A stretch of 36,272 bases of DNA from positions 1 to 36,272 of the IMG/VR virus record IMGVR_UViG_3300044209_000010; one strand, 5' to 3'. This DNA is from a virus. Lineage: Duplodnaviria > Caudoviricetes. Every line of letters starts with the position of its first letter. Position 1 is the first letter of the stretch. The position numbers were made by a program, and so were the translations under genes. The notes below the pieces were generated by a model that was given only the letters and a program-made list of their open reading frames with translations, ran no database searches and was not told the origin of the DNA. This document shows positions 34,167 to 36,272 of this stretch, piece after piece.

Positions 34167-34403
34167 ATGCAGATCGTAATATCCCCGGCACAGAGTCGGG
34201 CGGCGCGCGCGCTTCTCGACCTGCGGCTTGATAAAGTCGCGAGCCAGGCCGGGGTGAGCGTGAACACCTTGAGCCGCTTTGAGCGCGACGACCGAGGTGC
34301 GACCAGCACCGACACTGTGCGGAAGGTGCTTGAAGTCTACCGCGCCAATGGCATCGAGTTCTTGGAAGGCGACGGAGTCCGCCGAGCCCAGCAAGCCGCC
34401 TGA
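34167..34403 (+). CDS. XRE-family HTH transcriptional regulator
   Basis: ISPAQSRAARALL..VASQAGVSVNTLSRFE..GIEF; GGAGAG RBS; the only credible plus-strand gene. Confidence 0.9.
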   Translation: MQIVISPAQSRAARALLDLRLDKVASQAGVSVNTLSRFERDDRGATSTDTVRKVLEVYRANGIEFLEGDGVRRAQQAA

Positions 34404-34417
34404 TCCGCCGCCATCCA

Positions 34418-35149
34418 TCAGACGCGCGCCTCTTCGTGCGTCTGCGCGACCACCGGCTTTTTGAACGGCAGCACGCCCTGTCTGCCGGACACGTCGTTGT
34501 GCGCGGCCACCATCGCGTAGCCGAAGTCCTTCATGCAGCCGTCGGCGAACTCGATTGGGAACAGCCATTGATGCTGGCTTGAGTGCGGATCGCGCCGGAA
34601 GGCCACGCCTTTCTCACGCGCACGGTTATGGAAGGCGCGCGACAGCCGCCCCTGCAGCGACCTTCGGCCCTTGGAGAAAGCGCAGGCCTTGTTGAGCACT
34701 TCGCGCATCGAGATGTAGTCAAGGACGGCCAACCGTGGATCGGCCATCTTCGACAGTTCGGTGACCCGCTCGGCCAATGCCAGCAAGGCGGCCTGCAGCG
34801 ATGCTATGCCGGCATCGTCGCGCGGCGCGGCCGTCCGTCCTTCCATGTGAGCCCGGACGACCTCGTTGCACCACATATGAAATTCCGGCGACAGGTGCTT
34901 GGCGTAAGCAATGCCGATCTGCCAGTGCGCCCAGGTTTCGCCGGTGCACCCGCGTGACACGTCGAAAAGGTGATATTTATCACCCAACGCCAAGGCCAGA
35001 TGGTCAACGAAGTGCTGAACCTGCTTGGTCCGCAGCCATACGGCGGGCTTCCTGCTGTCAGGCGACCCGGCGGCCCGCCACATGTCGGTCAGGCACAGGA
35101 ATTCGGCACGGTCGCGGATAACCGCGCCGCGAAATGCGAGCGTGTTCAT
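34418..35149 (-). CDS. KilA-N domain protein
   Basis: LCLTDMWRAAG..P..WLR..TWAHWQIGIAYAKHLSPEFHMWC. Confidence 0.88.
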   Translation of the reverse strand: MNTLAFRGAVIRDRAEFLCLTDMWRAAGSPDSRKPAVWLRTKQVQHFVDHLALALGDKYHLFDVSRGCTGETWAHWQIGIAYAKHLSPEFHMWCNEVVRAHMEGRTAAPRDDAGIASLQAALLALAERVTELSKMADPRLAVLDYISMREVLNKACAFSKGRRSLQGRLSRAFHNRAREKGVAFRRDPHSSQHQWLFPIEFADGCMKDFGYAMVAAHNDVSGRQGVLPFKKPVVAQTHEEARV

Positions 35150-35182
35150 GGGATCACCTTCGGAGGCAGGGGGACGGCAGCG

Positions 35183-35212
35183 AAAAAACCCCCGCCACCA
35201 TCGGCGGCAGGG
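35183..35212 (-). terminator. Terminator/attenuator upstream of the KilA-N gene
   Basis: CCCTGCCGCC-GAT-GGTGGCGGGGG followed by T6. Confidence 0.65.
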
Positions 35213-35381
35213 TCAGTCAAGACATGCTCAGAGAACACTGTAGCAAAGGAGGAAACGCTGCGACGGGCGGCCGGCGCGTGGCCTAAAACACGCGTACCGG
35301 CGAAGGTGATATGTTGAAGGACGCCGGCCGCCCGCGCGCTTTCTAACGCGTACGGCCGTGCCGCGCAAGCCCCGCGCGCCG

Positions 35382-35600
35382 TCATTGGCAGTATTTCCAG
35401 TACAGCCAGGCCGACCGCTGGCCACGCGCGCACAGTTCGCAGCCCGGCGTGTGCTCCAGCAGTGTCTGCTGCTGCTCCGGCGTGGTGCAACAGGCGCAGG
35501 CGACCCCGTCGTCGATGGTCCGGTAGCACCCCGGCCGCGCCGTCGCCTTGTGCATGCCCCGCTGGTATTCCGGCGCGTGAATGATGCGATGGTCATTCAT
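35382..35600 (-). CDS. Cys-rich hypothetical protein (72 aa)
   Basis: ATGA coupling; CACC..CELC. Confidence 0.55.
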   Translation of the reverse strand: MNDHRIIHAPEYQRGMHKATARPGCYRTIDDGVACACCTTPEQQQTLLEHTPGCELCARGQRSAWLYWKYCQ

Positions 35601-35668
35601 TGCCGCCACCAACGGCGCAGCCACTCCAGCAACTGCCATGCGAAGATCAGCGTCAGCGCCCAGATCAC
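35597..35668 (-). CDS. Trp-rich micro-peptide (23 aa)
   Basis: MIWALTLIFAWQLLEWLRRWWRQ*; GAGG RBS; 4-nt overlaps at both ends. Confidence 0.5.
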   Translation of the reverse strand: MIWALTLIFAWQLLEWLRRWWRQ

Positions 35669-35799
35669 GCCATCACCTCGCGGCAGGCTATCGCCGCGCC
35701 CAGCAGAGAGACCACCAGCAGTGCCCGCAGCAGCCACGCCGCCACGGCGATCAAGGCGTCAAGCGAGCTTGGCGCGAGCGCGTCGGCGTCGCTCTTCAC
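35665..35799 (-). CDS. Small membrane protein (44 aa)
   Basis: MKSDADALAPSSLDALIAVAAWLLRALLVVSLLGAAIACREVMA*; GTGA overlaps. Confidence 0.5.
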   Translation of the reverse strand: MKSDADALAPSSLDALIAVAAWLLRALLVVSLLGAAIACREVMA

Positions 35800-35912
35800 C
35801 GCAGCACCAGCGCGATGGCGACGCCACCGATGGCCCAGCCGAGAACCATTCCAATGACGACGGCGCCGATGCAGGCGAAGCTGCTCAGCAACCGCTCAAG
35901 GGCGCGCGTCAT
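35796..35912 (-). CDS. Small membrane protein (38 aa)
   Basis: MTRALERLLSSFACIGAVVIGMVLGWAIGGVAIALVLR*. Confidence 0.5.
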   Translation of the reverse strand: MTRALERLLSSFACIGAVVIGMVLGWAIGGVAIALVLR

Positions 35913-36272
35913 AGGCCGAAACCCCAGGCTGGGTAGGGACTAGACAAAAGGTTTTTCGGCTTAGCCGAATGGCGGAAGGGGAAGCGCCGGCCCTGCCCGT
36001 AAGATCGGGCGGGCGCAAAAGAAACCGGGGGCCGGTCAAGGAAATGGTTGCGCCGGGGCGCCAGGAATTGCCAATATCGCCGCAGATACGCCAAGGCTAG
36101 ACCCCTTGTGTGTGTTTAGACGACGGGCCAATGGCCCGGAAGGTCGGTGGGCGGCAGCGTATTTCCCCTGGGTCTCGCCAAAGAACCAAACTAGGGTCTA
36201 CCGCTGCCGCCTCTTCCTTTGAGGCGTACGCCTCGAATTCCTCAGCATCTTAACGTCTTATGGAAACAGCAC

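Overview
This GC-rich window is a near-complete tailed phage or prophage with podovirus-like organisation; an alphaproteobacterial host is inferred. Almost every gene is on the minus strand. In transcription order (right to left) it holds: small membrane peptides, KilA-N, a divergent XRE regulator, RecT, a PAPS-reductase-family gene, a Rha-Rha-ANT antirepressor, DnaB plus an HTH replication initiator with internal iterons, VRR-NUC, a putative late activator, terS/terL, portal, scaffold, major capsid protein (MCP), head-tail and tail genes, four internal-virion/ejection proteins and lysis genes. No integrase, CRISPR array or tRNA was seen. Four observations stand out. (1) An 877-aa ejection-type protein has an N-terminal 5/6-aa repeat array and a C-terminal 11-aa repeat array that match unit for unit in mirror order. 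(2) A 329-bp protein-free IS200/IS605 derivative keeps both transposon ends and a TnpB-type omegaRNA-like scaffold whose predicted guide matches the element-free allele. (3) A group I intron splits the MCP gene and encodes a single-motif LAGLIDADG nuclease written across the ribozyme core. (4) Two free-standing GIY-YIG genes and the intron are flanked by AT3-rich recoded tracts. All calls were made by eye; no database searches or folding programs were run.
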